Shown one piece after another: positions 42,861 to 54,090 of a stretch of 64,000 bases of DNA. The position numbers and the translations under genes are program-made. The notes below the pieces were generated by a model, which was not told the DNA's origin, made no database searches, and worked only from the letters and a program-made list of their open reading frames with translations. Origin of the DNA: Escherichia phage vB_Eco_TB37; the sequence record OZ035850; one strand, 5' to 3'. How positions within the stretch are numbered: position 1 is the stretch's first letter; the number at the start of each line of letters is the position of its first letter.

Positions 42861-43195
42861 AGCAGAAAATCTAATGTATTAGTTTTTTCACAACGAACAA
42901 CAGAAGGACGTAAAAGATTTTCGTCAATAGCTTCCGACTGAATTTTTTCAATTATACCAGAAGGAATAAATTTAGCAAATTGAGTTTCAGGAATAGAGTT
43001 TTCTTCCAAGAATGCTGTCGTAGCTTCAAGATAACTCATTCCAAATTCTTCTACCATTTTTTCAATAATAAATCCATTTTCTTGACGATCAAGAAGCTTT
43101 GCTATTTCATCCTTTTCTTTCTTGATTGAAAGTTCTTTTTCTGAAAGACCGGTCTCATCGACCGGGCGAATATCATTTAGAGAAAACTGTGTCAT
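42857..43195 (-). CDS. 33: Late transcription co-activator gp33
   Basis: ATG at 43195 gives 112 aa (MTQFSLNDIRPVDE…); the ORF-track start is TTG. Confidence 0.9.
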   Translation of the reverse strand: MTQFSLNDIRPVDETGLSEKELSIKKEKDEIAKLLDRQENGFIIEKMVEEFGMSYLEATTAFLEENSIPETQFAKFIPSGIIEKIQSEAIDENLLRPSVVRCEKTNTLDFLL

Positions 43196-43442
43196 AAAGT
43201 TCAACTACCTCTTCGGTTTCAGCTTCAAACACATCACGGTTATCTTTATGATATAGAGCCAAAAGACGATTAAACATCTTGCCATCAACACCAAGTTCAT
43301 CTTTAGCACGAATTCGAATATCTTTAATCAATTCATTATAACCAGAAATTTTCAGTTTATGATCAGATGCTTCTTTAATAAATTTAGCCAAATCTTCGCC
43401 ATGGATAGCTTCATCAAATTCAACCATTTCTTTTTTAGCCAT
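43173..43442 (-). CDS. dsbA: DsbA double-stranded DNA-binding protein
   Basis: 89 aa, matches T4 DsbA; 3' end overlaps the gene 33 start. Confidence 0.9.
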   Translation of the reverse strand: MAKKEMVEFDEAIHGEDLAKFIKEASDHKLKISGYNELIKDIRIRAKDELGVDGKMFNRLLALYHKDNRDVFEAETEEVVELYDTVFSK

Positions 43443-43450
43443 TATTCACC

Positions 43451-44368
43451 TCAAAATTCATTAATGCTATTAGTTAATTTAGAAAGACCCGCTTTTACAA
43501 AATATGAATAAATTTTGCCACGCGGTGGTAATTTATATGAATTATAGTAATTCACAATGTTTGAAGCAATATTATCAGGAATATAATCAAAATCAATTAG
43601 AACTAAATTTTCTTTATAACGATTATATTCAGATTCTGTAAGAAGCACCTTAGCTTGCTCACGGTCATTAGCAATAGCTTCAACGATTGAAGTTTTCATT
43701 GAAGGAGTTCGTTCACCTTCAACTCTGGTAAACCAAAAGTCAGATCGTACTTTAACTGAAGCAACGTTGTCCTTTTTGTCGCCTTTAAGGATTTTAGTCA
43801 TACAGTCAATTTCAGCAGAACCGCTTTTAATTTTAACCCATTTCTTGTGCATCGGTGACCATTGCTTAACATTTGGGTATTTGTGAAGCTGTGTAAAGTC
43901 ACCATCCGACGAAATGATTAAAATCTTATGTCCTTCTAAAGAGAACTTTTTAACAAGAACAGCAATGTGGTCATCTGCTTCATACTTATCAATATCCATA
44001 ACAATGTATGGCATATAAGCTTTCAATTCATCTATAACTTTATGACTGGATTCAAAATAACCTTCCCAGTCCCAAGTCGATTCTTCTCGTGCTTTTCCAC
44101 GGTTTTTCTTATAATAATAAGCAAAATCACGGCGCCAGTATCCAGATTTCGCGTTATCAATACACAGTACAATTTTAGTGTATCCAAGCGTTTTTGCTTT
44201 TTTGACATTAAACTTAATTGAGTTCAATATCAAATGACGAACCATTGATAAATTAATTTTTTCTTTATCTGGGAAGTTTACTAAAGCAGTTGAAAGCGCA
44301 ATTTGACTAAAGTCAATAAAGCAAATTCCTTCTTTGTAATCTTCATCCAGCATCATTTCTAAATCCAT
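43451..44368 (-). CDS. rnh: RNase H (5'-3' exonuclease)
   Basis: ATG at 44368 gives 305 aa starting MDLEMMLDEDYKEG; the ORF-track start is TTG. Confidence 0.95.
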   Translation of the reverse strand: MDLEMMLDEDYKEGICFIDFSQIALSTALVNFPDKEKINLSMVRHLILNSIKFNVKKAKTLGYTKIVLCIDNAKSGYWRRDFAYYYKKNRGKAREESTWDWEGYFESSHKVIDELKAYMPYIVMDIDKYEADDHIAVLVKKFSLEGHKILIISSDGDFTQLHKYPNVKQWSPMHKKWVKIKSGSAEIDCMTKILKGDKKDNVASVKVRSDFWFTRVEGERTPSMKTSIVEAIANDREQAKVLLTESEYNRYKENLVLIDFDYIPDNIASNIVNYYNSYKLPPRGKIYSYFVKAGLSKLTNSINEF

Positions 44369-44430
44369 ATGAACCTCGTTCAATTAGTGAGATTTCTATT
44401 ATATACCATCCAAATCTTAAAGTAAACAAG

Positions 44431-44438
44431 TATAAATA
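44431..44438 (+). promoter_or_regulatory. Late promoter (TATAAATA) for gene 34
   Basis: Exact TATAAATA 35 nt upstream of the gene 34 ATG. Confidence 0.7.
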
Positions 44439-44472
44439 CTTATTATTGAAAACACAATAGGAGCCCGGGAGA

Positions 44473-47400
44473 ATGGCCGAGATTAAAAGAAAGTTCAGAG
44501 CAGAAGACGGTCTGGACGCAGGTGGTGATAAAATAATCAACGTAGCTTTAGCTGATCGTACCGTAGGAACTGACGGTGTTAACGTTGATTACTTAATTCA
44601 AGAAAACACAGTTCAACAATACGATCCAACTCGTGGATATTTAAAAGATTTTGTAATCATTTATGATAACCGCTTTTGGGCTGCTATAAATGATATTCCA
44701 AAACCGGCAGGAGCTTTTAATAGCGGACGCTGGAGAGCATTACGTACCGATGCTAACTGGATTACGGTTTCATCTGGTTCATATCAATTAAAATCTGGTG
44801 AAGCTATTTCGGTTAACACCGCAGCTGGTAATGATATTACATTTACTTTACCATCTACCCCAATTGATGGTGATACTATCGTTCTCCAAGATATTGGAGG
44901 AAAACCTGGAGTTAACCAAGTTTTAATTGTAGCTCCGGTGCAAAGTATTGTAAACTTCAGAGGTCAACAAGTACGTTCAGTACTAATGACTCATCCAAAG
45001 TCACAGCTAGTTTTAATTTTTAGTAATCGTCTGTGGCAAATGTATGTTGCTGATTATAGTAGAGAAGCTGTAGTTGTAACACCAGCGAATACTTATCAAG
45101 CGCAATCAAATGATTTTATCGTACGTAGATTTACTTCTGCTGCACCAATTAATGTTAAACTTCCAAGATTTGCTAATCATGGCGATATTATTAATTTCGT
45201 TGATTTAGATAAACTGAATCCACTTTATCATACAATTGTTACTACATATGATGAAACGACTTCAGTACAAGAAGTTGGAACTCATTCCATTGAAGGCCGT
45301 ACATCGATTGACGGTTTCTTGATGTTTGATGATAATGAGAAATTGTGGAGATTGTTTGACGGGGATAGTAAAGCACGTTTACGCATTATAACGACTAATT
45401 CTAATATTCGTCCAAACGAAGAAGTTATGGTATTTGGTGCGAATAACGGAACAACTCAGACAATTGAACTTCAGCTTCCTACTGATATTTCTGTTGGTGA
45501 TACTGTTAAAATTTCCATGAATTACATGAGAAAAGGACAAACAGTTAAAATCAAAGCTGCAGGCGAAGATAAAATTGCTTCTTCAGTTCAATTGCTGCAA
45601 TTCCCAAAACGCTCAGAATATCCACCTGAAGCTGAATGGGTTACAGTTCAAGAATTAGTTTTTAACGGTGAAACTAATTATGTTCCAGTTTTACAACTTG
45701 CTTATATAGAAGATTCTGATGGAAAATACTGGGTTGTACAGCAAAACGTTCCAACTGTAGAAAGAGTTGATTCTTTAAATGATTCTACTAGAGCAAGATT
45801 AGGCGTAATTGCTTTAGCTACACAAGCTCAAGCTAATGTCGATTTAGAAAATTCTCCACAAAAAGAATTAGCAATTACTCCAGAAACATTAGCTAACCGT
45901 ACTGCTACAGAAACTCGCAGAGGTATCGCAAGAATAGCAACTACTGCTCAAGTGAATCAGAACACCACATTCTCTTTTGCTGATGATATTATCATCACTC
46001 CTAAAAAGCTGAATGAAAGAACTGCTACAGAAACTCGCAGAGGTGTCGCAGAAATTGCTACGCAGCAAGAAACTAATACAGGAACCGATGATACTACAAT
46101 CATTACTCCTAAAAAGCTTCAAGCTCGTCAAGGTTCTGAATCATTATCTGGTATTGTAACTTTTGTATCTACTGCAGGTGCTACTCCAGCTTCTAGCCGT
46201 GAATTAAATGGTACGAATGTTTATAATAAAAACACTAATAATTTAGTTGTTTCACCTAAAGCTTTGGATCAGTATAAAGCTACTCCAACGCAGCAAGGTG
46301 CAGTAATTTTAGCAGTTGAAAGTGAAGTAATTGCTGGACAAAGCCAAGAAGGATGGGCAAATGCTGTTGTAACGCCAGAAACGTTACATAAAAAGACATC
46401 AACCGATGGAAGAATTGGTTTAATTGAAATTGCTACGCAAAGTGAAGTTAATACAGGAACTGATTATACTCGTGCAGTCACTCCTAAAACTTTAAATGAC
46501 CGTAGAGCAACTGAAAGTTTAAGTGGTATAGCTGAAATTGCTACGCAAGTTGAATTCGACGCAGGCGTCGACGATACTCGTATCTCTACACCATTAAAAA
46601 TTAAAACCAGATTTAATAATACTGATCGTACTTCTGTTGTTGCTCTATCTGGATTAGTTGAATCAGGAACTCTCTGGGACCATTATACCCTTAATATTCT
46701 TGAAGCAAATGAGACACAGCGTGGTACACTTCGTGTAGCTACACAGGTTGAAGCTGCTGCAGGAACATTAGATAATGTTTTAATAACTCCTAAAAAGCTT
46801 TTAGGTACTAAATCTACCGAATCGCAAGAAGGTGTTATTAAAGTTGCAACTCAGTCTGAAACTGTGACTGGAACGTCAGCAAATACTGCTGTATCTCCAA
46901 AAAATTTAAAATGGATTGTGCAGAGTGAACCTACTTGGGCAGCTACTACTGCGATAAGGGGCTTTGTTAAAACTTCATCTGGTTCAATTACATTCGTTGG
47001 TAATGATACAGTCGGTTCTACCCAAGATTTAGAACTGTATGAGAAAAATAGTTATGCGGTATCACCATATGAATTAAACCGTGTATTAGCAAATTATTTG
47101 CCATTAAAAGCAAAAGCTGTAGATAGTAATTTATTGGATGGTCTAGATTCATCTCAGTTCATTCGTAGGGATATTGCACAGACGGTTAATGGTTCACTAA
47201 CCTTAACCCAACAAACGAATCTGAGTGCCCCTCTTGTATCATCTAGTACTGCTACGTTTGGTGGATCAGTTTCGGCAAATAGTACATTAACTATTTCTAA
47301 TACTGGAACGGCAACTCGTCTGATTTTTGAGAAAGGACCTCAAACTGGAACTAACCCAGCACAGACGATGACTATCAGAGTTTGGGGAAATCAGTTTGGT

Positions 47401-48342
47401 GGCGGATCAGATACAACACGTTCTACTGTATTTGAAGTTGGTGATGAAACATCTAATCACTTTTATTCTCAACGTAATAAAGCTGGTAATATTACGTTTA
47501 GCATTAATGGTACTGTGATGCCAATAAATGTTAACGCTTCCGGTTCATTGAATGCGAATGGCGTAGCAACATTTGGTAGTTCAGTTACAGCCAATGGTGA
47601 ATTCATTAGCAAGTCTGCAAATGCTTTCAGAGCAATAAACGGTGATTATGGATTCTTTATCAGGAATGATGGCGGCAGCACATATTTTATGCTTACTGCA
47701 TCTGGTGATCAGACCGGTGGATTTAATGGATTACGTCCATTATCAATTAATAATCAATCCGGTCAAGTCACAATTGGTGAAAGCTTAATCATTGCCAAAG
47801 GTGCTACTATAAATTCAGGCGGTTTAACTGTTAACTCGAGAATTCGTTCTCAGGGCACTAAAACATCTGACTTATATACCCGCGCACCAACATCTGATAC
47901 TGTAGGATTCTGGTCAATTGATATTAACGATTCAGCCACTTATAACCAGTTCCCGGGTTATTTTAAAATGGTTGAAAAAACTAATGAAGTGACTGGGCTT
48001 CCATACTTAGAACGTGGCGAAGAAGTTAAATCTCCTGGTACACTGACTCAGTTTGGTAACACACTTGATTCGCTTTACCAAGATTGGATTACTTATCCAA
48101 CGACGCCAGAAGCGCGTACCACTCGCTGGACACGTACATGGCAGAAAACCAAAAACTCTTGGTCAAGTTTTGTTCAGGTATTTGACGGAGGTAACCCTCC
48201 TCAACCATCTGATATTGGTGCTTTACCATCTGATAATGCTACAATGGGGAATCTTACTATTCGTGATTTCTTGCGAATTGGTAATGTTCGCATTATTCCT
48301 GACCCAGTGAATAAAACTGTTAAATTTGAATGGGTTGAATAA
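44473..48342 (+). CDS. 34: Long tail fibre proximal subunit gp34
   Basis: 1289 aa; TATAAATA 35 nt upstream; internal 120-bp repeats. Confidence 0.95.
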   Translation: MAEIKRKFRAEDGLDAGGDKIINVALADRTVGTDGVNVDYLIQENTVQQYDPTRGYLKDFVIIYDNRFWAAINDIPKPAGAFNSGRWRALRTDANWITVSSGSYQLKSGEAISVNTAAGNDITFTLPSTPIDGDTIVLQDIGGKPGVNQVLIVAPVQSIVNFRGQQVRSVLMTHPKSQLVLIFSNRLWQMYVADYSREAVVVTPANTYQAQSNDFIVRRFTSAAPINVKLPRFANHGDIINFVDLDKLNPLYHTIVTTYDETTSVQEVGTHSIEGRTSIDGFLMFDDNEKLWRLFDGDSKARLRIITTNSNIRPNEEVMVFGANNGTTQTIELQLPTDISVGDTVKISMNYMRKGQTVKIKAAGEDKIASSVQLLQFPKRSEYPPEAEWVTVQELVFNGETNYVPVLQLAYIEDSDGKYWVVQQNVPTVERVDSLNDSTRARLGVIALATQAQANVDLENSPQKELAITPETLANRTATETRRGIARIATTAQVNQNTTFSFADDIIITPKKLNERTATETRRGVAEIATQQETNTGTDDTTIITPKKLQARQGSESLSGIVTFVSTAGATPASSRELNGTNVYNKNTNNLVVSPKALDQYKATPTQQGAVILAVESEVIAGQSQEGWANAVVTPETLHKKTSTDGRIGLIEIATQSEVNTGTDYTRAVTPKTLNDRRATESLSGIAEIATQVEFDAGVDDTRISTPLKIKTRFNNTDRTSVVALSGLVESGTLWDHYTLNILEANETQRGTLRVATQVEAAAGTLDNVLITPKKLLGTKSTESQEGVIKVATQSETVTGTSANTAVSPKNLKWIVQSEPTWAATTAIRGFVKTSSGSITFVGNDTVGSTQDLELYEKNSYAVSPYELNRVLANYLPLKAKAVDSNLLDGLDSSQFIRRDIAQTVNGSLTLTQQTNLSAPLVSSSTATFGGSVSANSTLTISNTGTATRLIFEKGPQTGTNPAQTMTIRVWGNQFGGGSDTTRSTVFEVGDETSNHFYSQRNKAGNITFSINGTVMPINVNASGSLNANGVATFGSSVTANGEFISKSANAFRAINGDYGFFIRNDGGSTYFMLTASGDQTGGFNGLRPLSINNQSGQVTIGESLIIAKGATINSGGLTVNSRIRSQGTKTSDLYTRAPTSDTVGFWSIDINDSATYNQFPGYFKMVEKTNEVTGLPYLERGEEVKSPGTLTQFGNTLDSLYQDWITYPTTPEARTTRWTRTWQKTKNSWSSFVQVFDGGNPPQPSDIGALPSDNATMGNLTIRDFLRIGNVRIIPDPVNKTVKFEWVE
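45901..46044 (+). repeat. Internal 120-bp direct repeat within gene 34
   Basis: ACTGCTACAGAAACTCGCAGAGGT at 45901 and again at 46021; encodes RTATETRRG…ITPKKL repeats. Confidence 0.8.
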
Positions 48343-48350
48343 GAGGTATT

Positions 48351-49466
48351 ATGGAAAAATTTATGGCAGAGTTTGGACAAGGATATGTCCAAACGCCATT
48401 TTTATCGGAAAGCAATTCAGTAAGATACAAAATAAGTATAGCGGGTTCTTGCCCGCTTTCTACAGCAGGACCATACGTTAAATTTCAGGATAATCCTGTC
48501 GGAAGTCAAACATTTAGCGCAGGCCTTCATTTAAGAGTTTTTGACCCTTCCACCGGAGCATTAGTTGATAGTAAGTCATATGCTTTTTCGACTTCAAATG
48601 ATACTACATCAGCTGCTTTTGTTAGTTTTATGAATTCTTTGACGAATAATAGAATTGTTGCTATATTGACTAGCGGAAAGGTTAATTTTCCTCCTGAAGT
48701 AGTATCTTGGTTAAGAACCGCCGGAACGTCTGCTTTTCCATCTGATTCTATATTGTCAAGATTCGACGTATCATATGCTGCTTTTTATACTTCTTCTAAA
48801 AGAGCTATCGCATTAGAGCATGTTAAACTGAGTAATAGAAAAAGCACAGATGATTATCAAACTATTTTAGATGTTGTATTTGACAGTTTAGAAGATGTAG
48901 GAGCTACCGGGTTTCCAAGAAGAACGTATGAAAGCGTTGAGCAATTCATGTCAGCGGTTGGTGGAACTAATAACGAAATTGCGCGTCTACCAACTTCAGC
49001 TGCTATAAGTAAATTATCTGATTATAATTTAATTCCTGGTGATGTTCTTTATCTTAAAGCCCAGTTATATGCTGATGCTGATTTACTTGCTCTTGGAACT
49101 ACAAATATATCTATCCGTTTTTATAATGCATCTAACGGATATATTTCTTCAACACAGGCTGAATTTACTGGGCAAGCTGGGTCATGGGAATTAAAGGAAG
49201 ATTATGTAGTTGTTCCAGAAAACGCAGTAGGATTTACGATATATGCACAGAGAACTGCACAAGCTGGCCAAGGCGGCATGAGAAATTTAAGCTTTTCTGA
49301 AGTATCAAGAAACGGCGGCATTTCAAAACCTGCTGAATTTGGCGTCAACGGTATTCGTGTTAATTATATCTGTGAATCTGCTTCACCTCCGGATATAATG
49401 GTACTTCCTACGCAAACATCATCTAAAACTGGTAAAGTGTTTGGGCAAGAATTTAGAGAAGTATAA
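48351..49466 (+). CDS. 35: Long tail fibre hinge protein gp35
   Basis: 371 aa, position and length as T4 gp35; terminator hairpin downstream. Confidence 0.9.
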   Translation: MEKFMAEFGQGYVQTPFLSESNSVRYKISIAGSCPLSTAGPYVKFQDNPVGSQTFSAGLHLRVFDPSTGALVDSKSYAFSTSNDTTSAAFVSFMNSLTNNRIVAILTSGKVNFPPEVVSWLRTAGTSAFPSDSILSRFDVSYAAFYTSSKRAIALEHVKLSNRKSTDDYQTILDVVFDSLEDVGATGFPRRTYESVEQFMSAVGGTNNEIARLPTSAAISKLSDYNLIPGDVLYLKAQLYADADLLALGTTNISIRFYNASNGYISSTQAEFTGQAGSWELKEDYVVVPENAVGFTIYAQRTAQAGQGGMRNLSFSEVSRNGGISKPAEFGVNGIRVNYICESASPPDIMVLPTQTSSKTGKVFGQEFREV

Positions 49467-49470
49467 ATTG

Positions 49471-49498
49471 AGGGAGCCTTCGGGTTCCCTTTTTCTTT
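49471..49498 (+). terminator. Rho-independent terminator after gene 35
   Basis: AGGGAGCC-TTCG-GGTTCCCT hairpin followed by TTTTTCTTT. Confidence 0.75.
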
Positions 49499-49505
49499 AT
49501 AAATA
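49498..49505 (+). promoter_or_regulatory. Late promoter (TATAAATA) for gene 36
   Basis: Exact TATAAATA directly after the gene 35 terminator, 24 nt before the gene 36 ATG. Confidence 0.7.
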
Positions 49506-49528
49506 CTATTAAAATAAAGGGGCATACA

Positions 49529-50191
49529 ATGGCTGATTTAAAAGTAGGTTCAACAACCGGAGGCTCTGTCATTTGGCATCAAGGAAATTTTCCATTGAAT
49601 CCAGCCGGTGACGATGTACTCTATAAATCATTTAAACTATATTCAGAATATAATAAACCACAAGCTGCTGATAACGATTTCGTTTCTAAAGCTAATGGTG
49701 GTACTTACGCCGCGACTGTTCGATTTAATGGAGGAGTACATGTTCCTACTATAGGTAGTAGTCAACAGTGCGGTGTTTATCCAGGTAACGGTGATGCAGC
49801 TACTTTTGCTATGGCAAATATTGACATCGTTTCGTGGAATGGTATTGGTTTTAAATCATCACAAGGTTCAGCAGACCGAACTGTTGTAATTAATGCACGT
49901 AATGGTGATATTAGTACAAAAGGCGTTGTGACAGCAGTAGGTCAAATAAGAAGTAATGCAGTTGCTCCTATAGCAGTGAATGACCTTACTAGAAAGGACT
50001 ATGTTGATGGAGCAATAAATACTGTTACAGCAAATGCGAACTCTAGAGTGTTACGATCTGGCGACACTATGACGGGTAACTTAACCGCACCAAACTTTTT
50101 CTCGCAGAATCCCGCATCTCAACCTTCACATGTTCCACGATTTGACCAAATCGTAATTAAGGATTCTGTTCAAGATTTCGGCTATTATTAA
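49529..50191 (+). CDS. 36: Long tail fibre distal connector gp36
   Basis: 220 aa; TATAAATA upstream. Confidence 0.9.
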   Translation: MADLKVGSTTGGSVIWHQGNFPLNPAGDDVLYKSFKLYSEYNKPQAADNDFVSKANGGTYAATVRFNGGVHVPTIGSSQQCGVYPGNGDAATFAMANIDIVSWNGIGFKSSQGSADRTVVINARNGDISTKGVVTAVGQIRSNAVAPIAVNDLTRKDYVDGAINTVTANANSRVLRSGDTMTGNLTAPNFFSQNPASQPSHVPRFDQIVIKDSVQDFGYY

Positions 50192-50199
50192 GAGGACTT

Positions 50200-53100
50200 A
50201 TGGCTACTTTAAAACAAATACAATTTAAAAGAAGCAAAACCGCAGGTGCACGTCCTGCTGCTTCAGTATTAGCCGAAGGTGAATTGGCTATAAACTTAAA
50301 AGATAGAACAATTTTTACTAAAGATGATTCAGGAAATATCATCGATCTAGGTATTGCTAAAGGCGGTCAAATTGATGGAAATGTAACTATCAATGGTCTT
50401 TTGAGGTTAAACGGTGATTATGTACAAACAGGTGGAATGACCGTAAATGGACCTATTGGTTCTACTAATGGCGTAACTGCAAAAGTTTTCAGATCTACAC
50501 AGGGTTCATTTTATGCAAGAGCAACAAACGATACTGCAAATGCCCATCTTTGGTTTGAAAATACAAATGGCTCAGAACGTGGCGTTTTATATTCAAAACC
50601 GCAGTCTGAAAATGAAGGCGTAATTACAATGCGTGTTCGTCAAGGAACCGCTGCGGGAGCTCAAAATTCAGAATTTCATTTCATTTCTACTGATGGTGGT
50701 ATCTTCCAGGCACGCAAATTAACTGCTTTAACTTCTATTAGTACACCAACTATTAGTGTTAATTTAATTAATCATGATTCTAAAGCCTTTGGACAATACG
50801 ATTCACAATCATTGGTTCAGTATGTTTATCCTGGAACTGGTGAAACAAATGGTGTAAACTATCTTCGTAAAGTTCGATCTAAGTCAGGCGGAACTATTTA
50901 CCATGAAATTTGTACAGCTCAGACTGGACTGGCAGATGAAATGTCATGGTGGACTGGTAATACACCGTTATTTAAACTATATGGTATTCGTAACGACGGT
51001 AGAATGATTATTCGCAATAGCTTGGCCATTGGTACTGTGACGCAAGGGTTTCCGTCAAGCGATTATGGAAATGCTGGGGCACTAGGAAATATATTTCTTG
51101 CTTTAGGCGATAATGGAACTGGTCTAGTTTATAGAAAAACTGGTGTATTTGATTTCGTTGGTTCTGGTTTATCTTTGGCATCTATCACACCTGATAGTTT
51201 CCGTAGTACTCGTAAAGCAATATTTGGACGCTCAGAAGACCAAGGTACAACATGGATTATGCCTGGAACGAACGCTGCATTTTTGTCAGTTCAAACCCAA
51301 GCTGATGAAAACACTGCTGGAGACGGTCAGACACATATTGGCTATAACTCAGGCGGAAAAATGAACCACTATTTCCGTGGTAAAGGCAAAACCAATATTA
51401 ATACCCAAGAAGGCATGGAAGTTAACCCTGGTATTTTGAAATTGGTAACTGGCTCTAATAACGTACAGTTTTATGCTGACGGAACAGTATCTTCAATACA
51501 AAGAATTAAATTTGATAACGGATTAGTTCTTACTGGTGCTAGACCCGACGGTATTCAACTTGACGCTCCTACAACAACAGATGGCACTAAAACTATATTG
51601 TGGGCCGGCGGTACTCGCCCAGGTCAGAATAAAAGTTATCTATCTATCAAAGCATGGGGTAATGCCTTTAATGCATCTGGCGATCGTGCTCGTGAAACAG
51701 TTTTTGAAGTATCAGATGGACAAGGTTACCATTTTTATTCTCAACGAGTTGCTCCCGGATCAGGTTCTACCGTCGGACCTATTCAATTTCGAGTTAATGG
51801 TGGTTTATTAACTTCTGGTGGTATTACATCATCTGGTTCTATTGTTACTGAATCAAGTTTAGTTGCAAATAATGGATTATCTGTAAATGGTCAGGCTAAA
51901 TTCGGTGGAACGGCAGATGCATTAAGAATTTGGAATGCCGAATACGGTGCTATTTTCCGTCGCTCAGAAACAGCATTGCATATTATCCCGACTCCTAAAG
52001 ATGCTGGTGAAAGTGGTGGAATAAGTAATCTCCGCCCGTTAAGTATTAGTCTTAATAATGGTATGGTACAAATGCGCCATTCTGTTACGTTAGGCGATGA
52101 TGGCGCTGGCGGTAATATGATTACTGTGGACAACGATAACAAACATGTTGTTGTTGCTAGTAATAGTCGTATTGCTCCTAATTTCAGAATGCAATTAGGA
52201 CAATCATCTTATATTGATGTAGAATGTACTGATAGAGTTCGCCCGGCTGGAACAGGTTCATTTGCTTCTCAGAATAATGAAAATGTCCGGGCGCCGTTGT
52301 ATATGAATATAGAGCGTACTGCTACTTCTGAATACATTCCTATTATTAAACAACGTTATGTTCAAGGTAACGGTTGCTATTCATTGGGGACTTTAATTAA
52401 TAATGGTAATTTCCGAGTTCATTATCATGAAGGCGGAGATAACGGTTCTTCAGGTCCACAGACTGCTGATTTTGGATGGGAATTTATTAAAAACGGTGAT
52501 TTTATTTCCCCTGGTAAATTAGGTGCTGGTGCGGTTCGTATTGGTACTGACGGTAATATCACGGGCGGTTCATTACCTAACTTTGCTAACTTGAACTTGA
52601 CATTAGACCGTAAAGTCAATACCCGAATGGTTTCTTATTCAGGTACTGGTGGTTGGTATAAATTAGCCACTGTAACAATGCCACAATCCACTTCAACCGT
52701 CACATTCGAAATTGCTGGTGGTAATGGCTATAATGTCAACACCCCACACCAATGCGTTACTTCGAAAATTGTTTTAAGAACTTCGAACAATAACCCGAAA
52801 GGTATTAACGCTGTTGTTTGGTCGATGGATACCGGTCAGGGTATTAAGAATGTTGCAACGGTTAATACATCAGGCGATGTTTATGACATCTATGTAAACG
52901 TTGGTACTTATGCTCAGGCGCTAGCAGTTTCTTATTATGCTACTCCTAATGCTACCATTAACCAGGTATTTGCAACGGACCAACCGGGTGCAACAGAAAC
53001 TGCGGTTGAACTTCCTGAGACGGCTATTCAAGGACAGGTTGCTAGTGTTCTGAACAACTTGGCTCCTACCCCTAACGGTGTGAAGCGTTATGAAGCCGAT

Positions 53101-54060
53101 TCTGAAATAGCTATTAATAGCCAAACCGGTATTCGTATCAGAAGCAATGGCGATAAAACTGGTTCTGTGGCTACAATGTTACGAAATGACGGCGGCAGTT
53201 TTTATATTCTGTTTACAGATAAAAATGCCACCGATGGCGCAGCAACTGTTAATGGTGATTGGAATAGTAAACGTCCTTTCGCAATTAACTTAACAACCGG
53301 CGAAGTGATGATGAATAATGGCATAGCTGTTCGCAGCGCTGCTTTATTCTATAATAGCATAAACGTCAAAGATAATGGTTCTATTAACTTTGATAAATCA
53401 GGCGCTAACCCGAGAAATATGAGAATATTTCATGCTGGTGATGCTTCTCGCGGTAACCGTATTGAAATTGCTGATGAAACTAACTATATTGCTTACTTTG
53501 AAAAAACTCCAGGTGGAGCTAACCGCTTTGTAGTAAATAATGCTACTGTGGCTGGTGTTAATCAAATGAATTCATTTGGTATTAACATCAATAACGCACT
53601 TGGTGGAAACAGTATAGCATTTGGTGATAATGACACTGGCATTAAACAATCCGGTGACGGACTTCTTGATATCATTACTAACGCCGCACGACGAATGAGA
53701 TTCCAGACGGGTGACACTTATTCTGACATGAATATAAATGCTCCAAACGTTTATATTCGTTCTGATATTCGTTTGAAATCTAATTTCAGACCTATTGAAA
53801 ATGCTCTTGAAAAGGTTGAGCAGCTTGATGGTTTAATCTATGATAAATCTGACTATATAGGTGGTGAAATTGTTCAGACTGAAGCAGGTGTTATTGCTCA
53901 GAAATTGAACGAAGTATTACCTGAAGCAGTTCGTGAAGTTGAAGATATTAAGGGTAATAAAATACTCACTATTTCTTCTCAATCCCAGATTGCTCTTCTA
54001 ATTGAAGCTGTGAAAACACTTTCTGCTCGTGTAAAAGAACTTGAATCTAAACTTATGTAA
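50200..54060 (+). CDS. 37: Long tail fibre distal subunit gp37 (T2-type, long form)
   Basis: 1286 aa; shares the gp34/gp37 homology block (…TVFEV.D…HFYSQR…); C-terminal helical domain. Confidence 0.9.
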   Translation: MATLKQIQFKRSKTAGARPAASVLAEGELAINLKDRTIFTKDDSGNIIDLGIAKGGQIDGNVTINGLLRLNGDYVQTGGMTVNGPIGSTNGVTAKVFRSTQGSFYARATNDTANAHLWFENTNGSERGVLYSKPQSENEGVITMRVRQGTAAGAQNSEFHFISTDGGIFQARKLTALTSISTPTISVNLINHDSKAFGQYDSQSLVQYVYPGTGETNGVNYLRKVRSKSGGTIYHEICTAQTGLADEMSWWTGNTPLFKLYGIRNDGRMIIRNSLAIGTVTQGFPSSDYGNAGALGNIFLALGDNGTGLVYRKTGVFDFVGSGLSLASITPDSFRSTRKAIFGRSEDQGTTWIMPGTNAAFLSVQTQADENTAGDGQTHIGYNSGGKMNHYFRGKGKTNINTQEGMEVNPGILKLVTGSNNVQFYADGTVSSIQRIKFDNGLVLTGARPDGIQLDAPTTTDGTKTILWAGGTRPGQNKSYLSIKAWGNAFNASGDRARETVFEVSDGQGYHFYSQRVAPGSGSTVGPIQFRVNGGLLTSGGITSSGSIVTESSLVANNGLSVNGQAKFGGTADALRIWNAEYGAIFRRSETALHIIPTPKDAGESGGISNLRPLSISLNNGMVQMRHSVTLGDDGAGGNMITVDNDNKHVVVASNSRIAPNFRMQLGQSSYIDVECTDRVRPAGTGSFASQNNENVRAPLYMNIERTATSEYIPIIKQRYVQGNGCYSLGTLINNGNFRVHYHEGGDNGSSGPQTADFGWEFIKNGDFISPGKLGAGAVRIGTDGNITGGSLPNFANLNLTLDRKVNTRMVSYSGTGGWYKLATVTMPQSTSTVTFEIAGGNGYNVNTPHQCVTSKIVLRTSNNNPKGINAVVWSMDTGQGIKNVATVNTSGDVYDIYVNVGTYAQALAVSYYATPNATINQVFATDQPGATETAVELPETAIQGQVASVLNNLAPTPNGVKRYEADSEIAINSQTGIRIRSNGDKTGSVATMLRNDGGSFYILFTDKNATDGAATVNGDWNSKRPFAINLTTGEVMMNNGIAVRSAALFYNSINVKDNGSINFDKSGANPRNMRIFHAGDASRGNRIEIADETNYIAYFEKTPGGANRFVVNNATVAGVNQMNSFGININNALGGNSIAFGDNDTGIKQSGDGLLDIITNAARRMRFQTGDTYSDMNINAPNVYIRSDIRLKSNFRPIENALEKVEQLDGLIYDKSDYIGGEIVQTEAGVIAQKLNEVLPEAVREVEDIKGNKILTISSQSQIALLIEAVKTLSARVKELESKLM

Positions 54061-54061
54061 A

Positions 54062-54089
54062 AGAGGGCTTCGGCCCTCTAAGGATTTTT
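54062..54089 (+). terminator. Hairpin between genes 37 and 38 (attenuator or RBS-structuring)
   Basis: AGAGGGC-TTCG-GCCCTCT hairpin, then AAGGA and the gene 38 ATG. Confidence 0.45.
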
Positions 54090-54090
54090 A

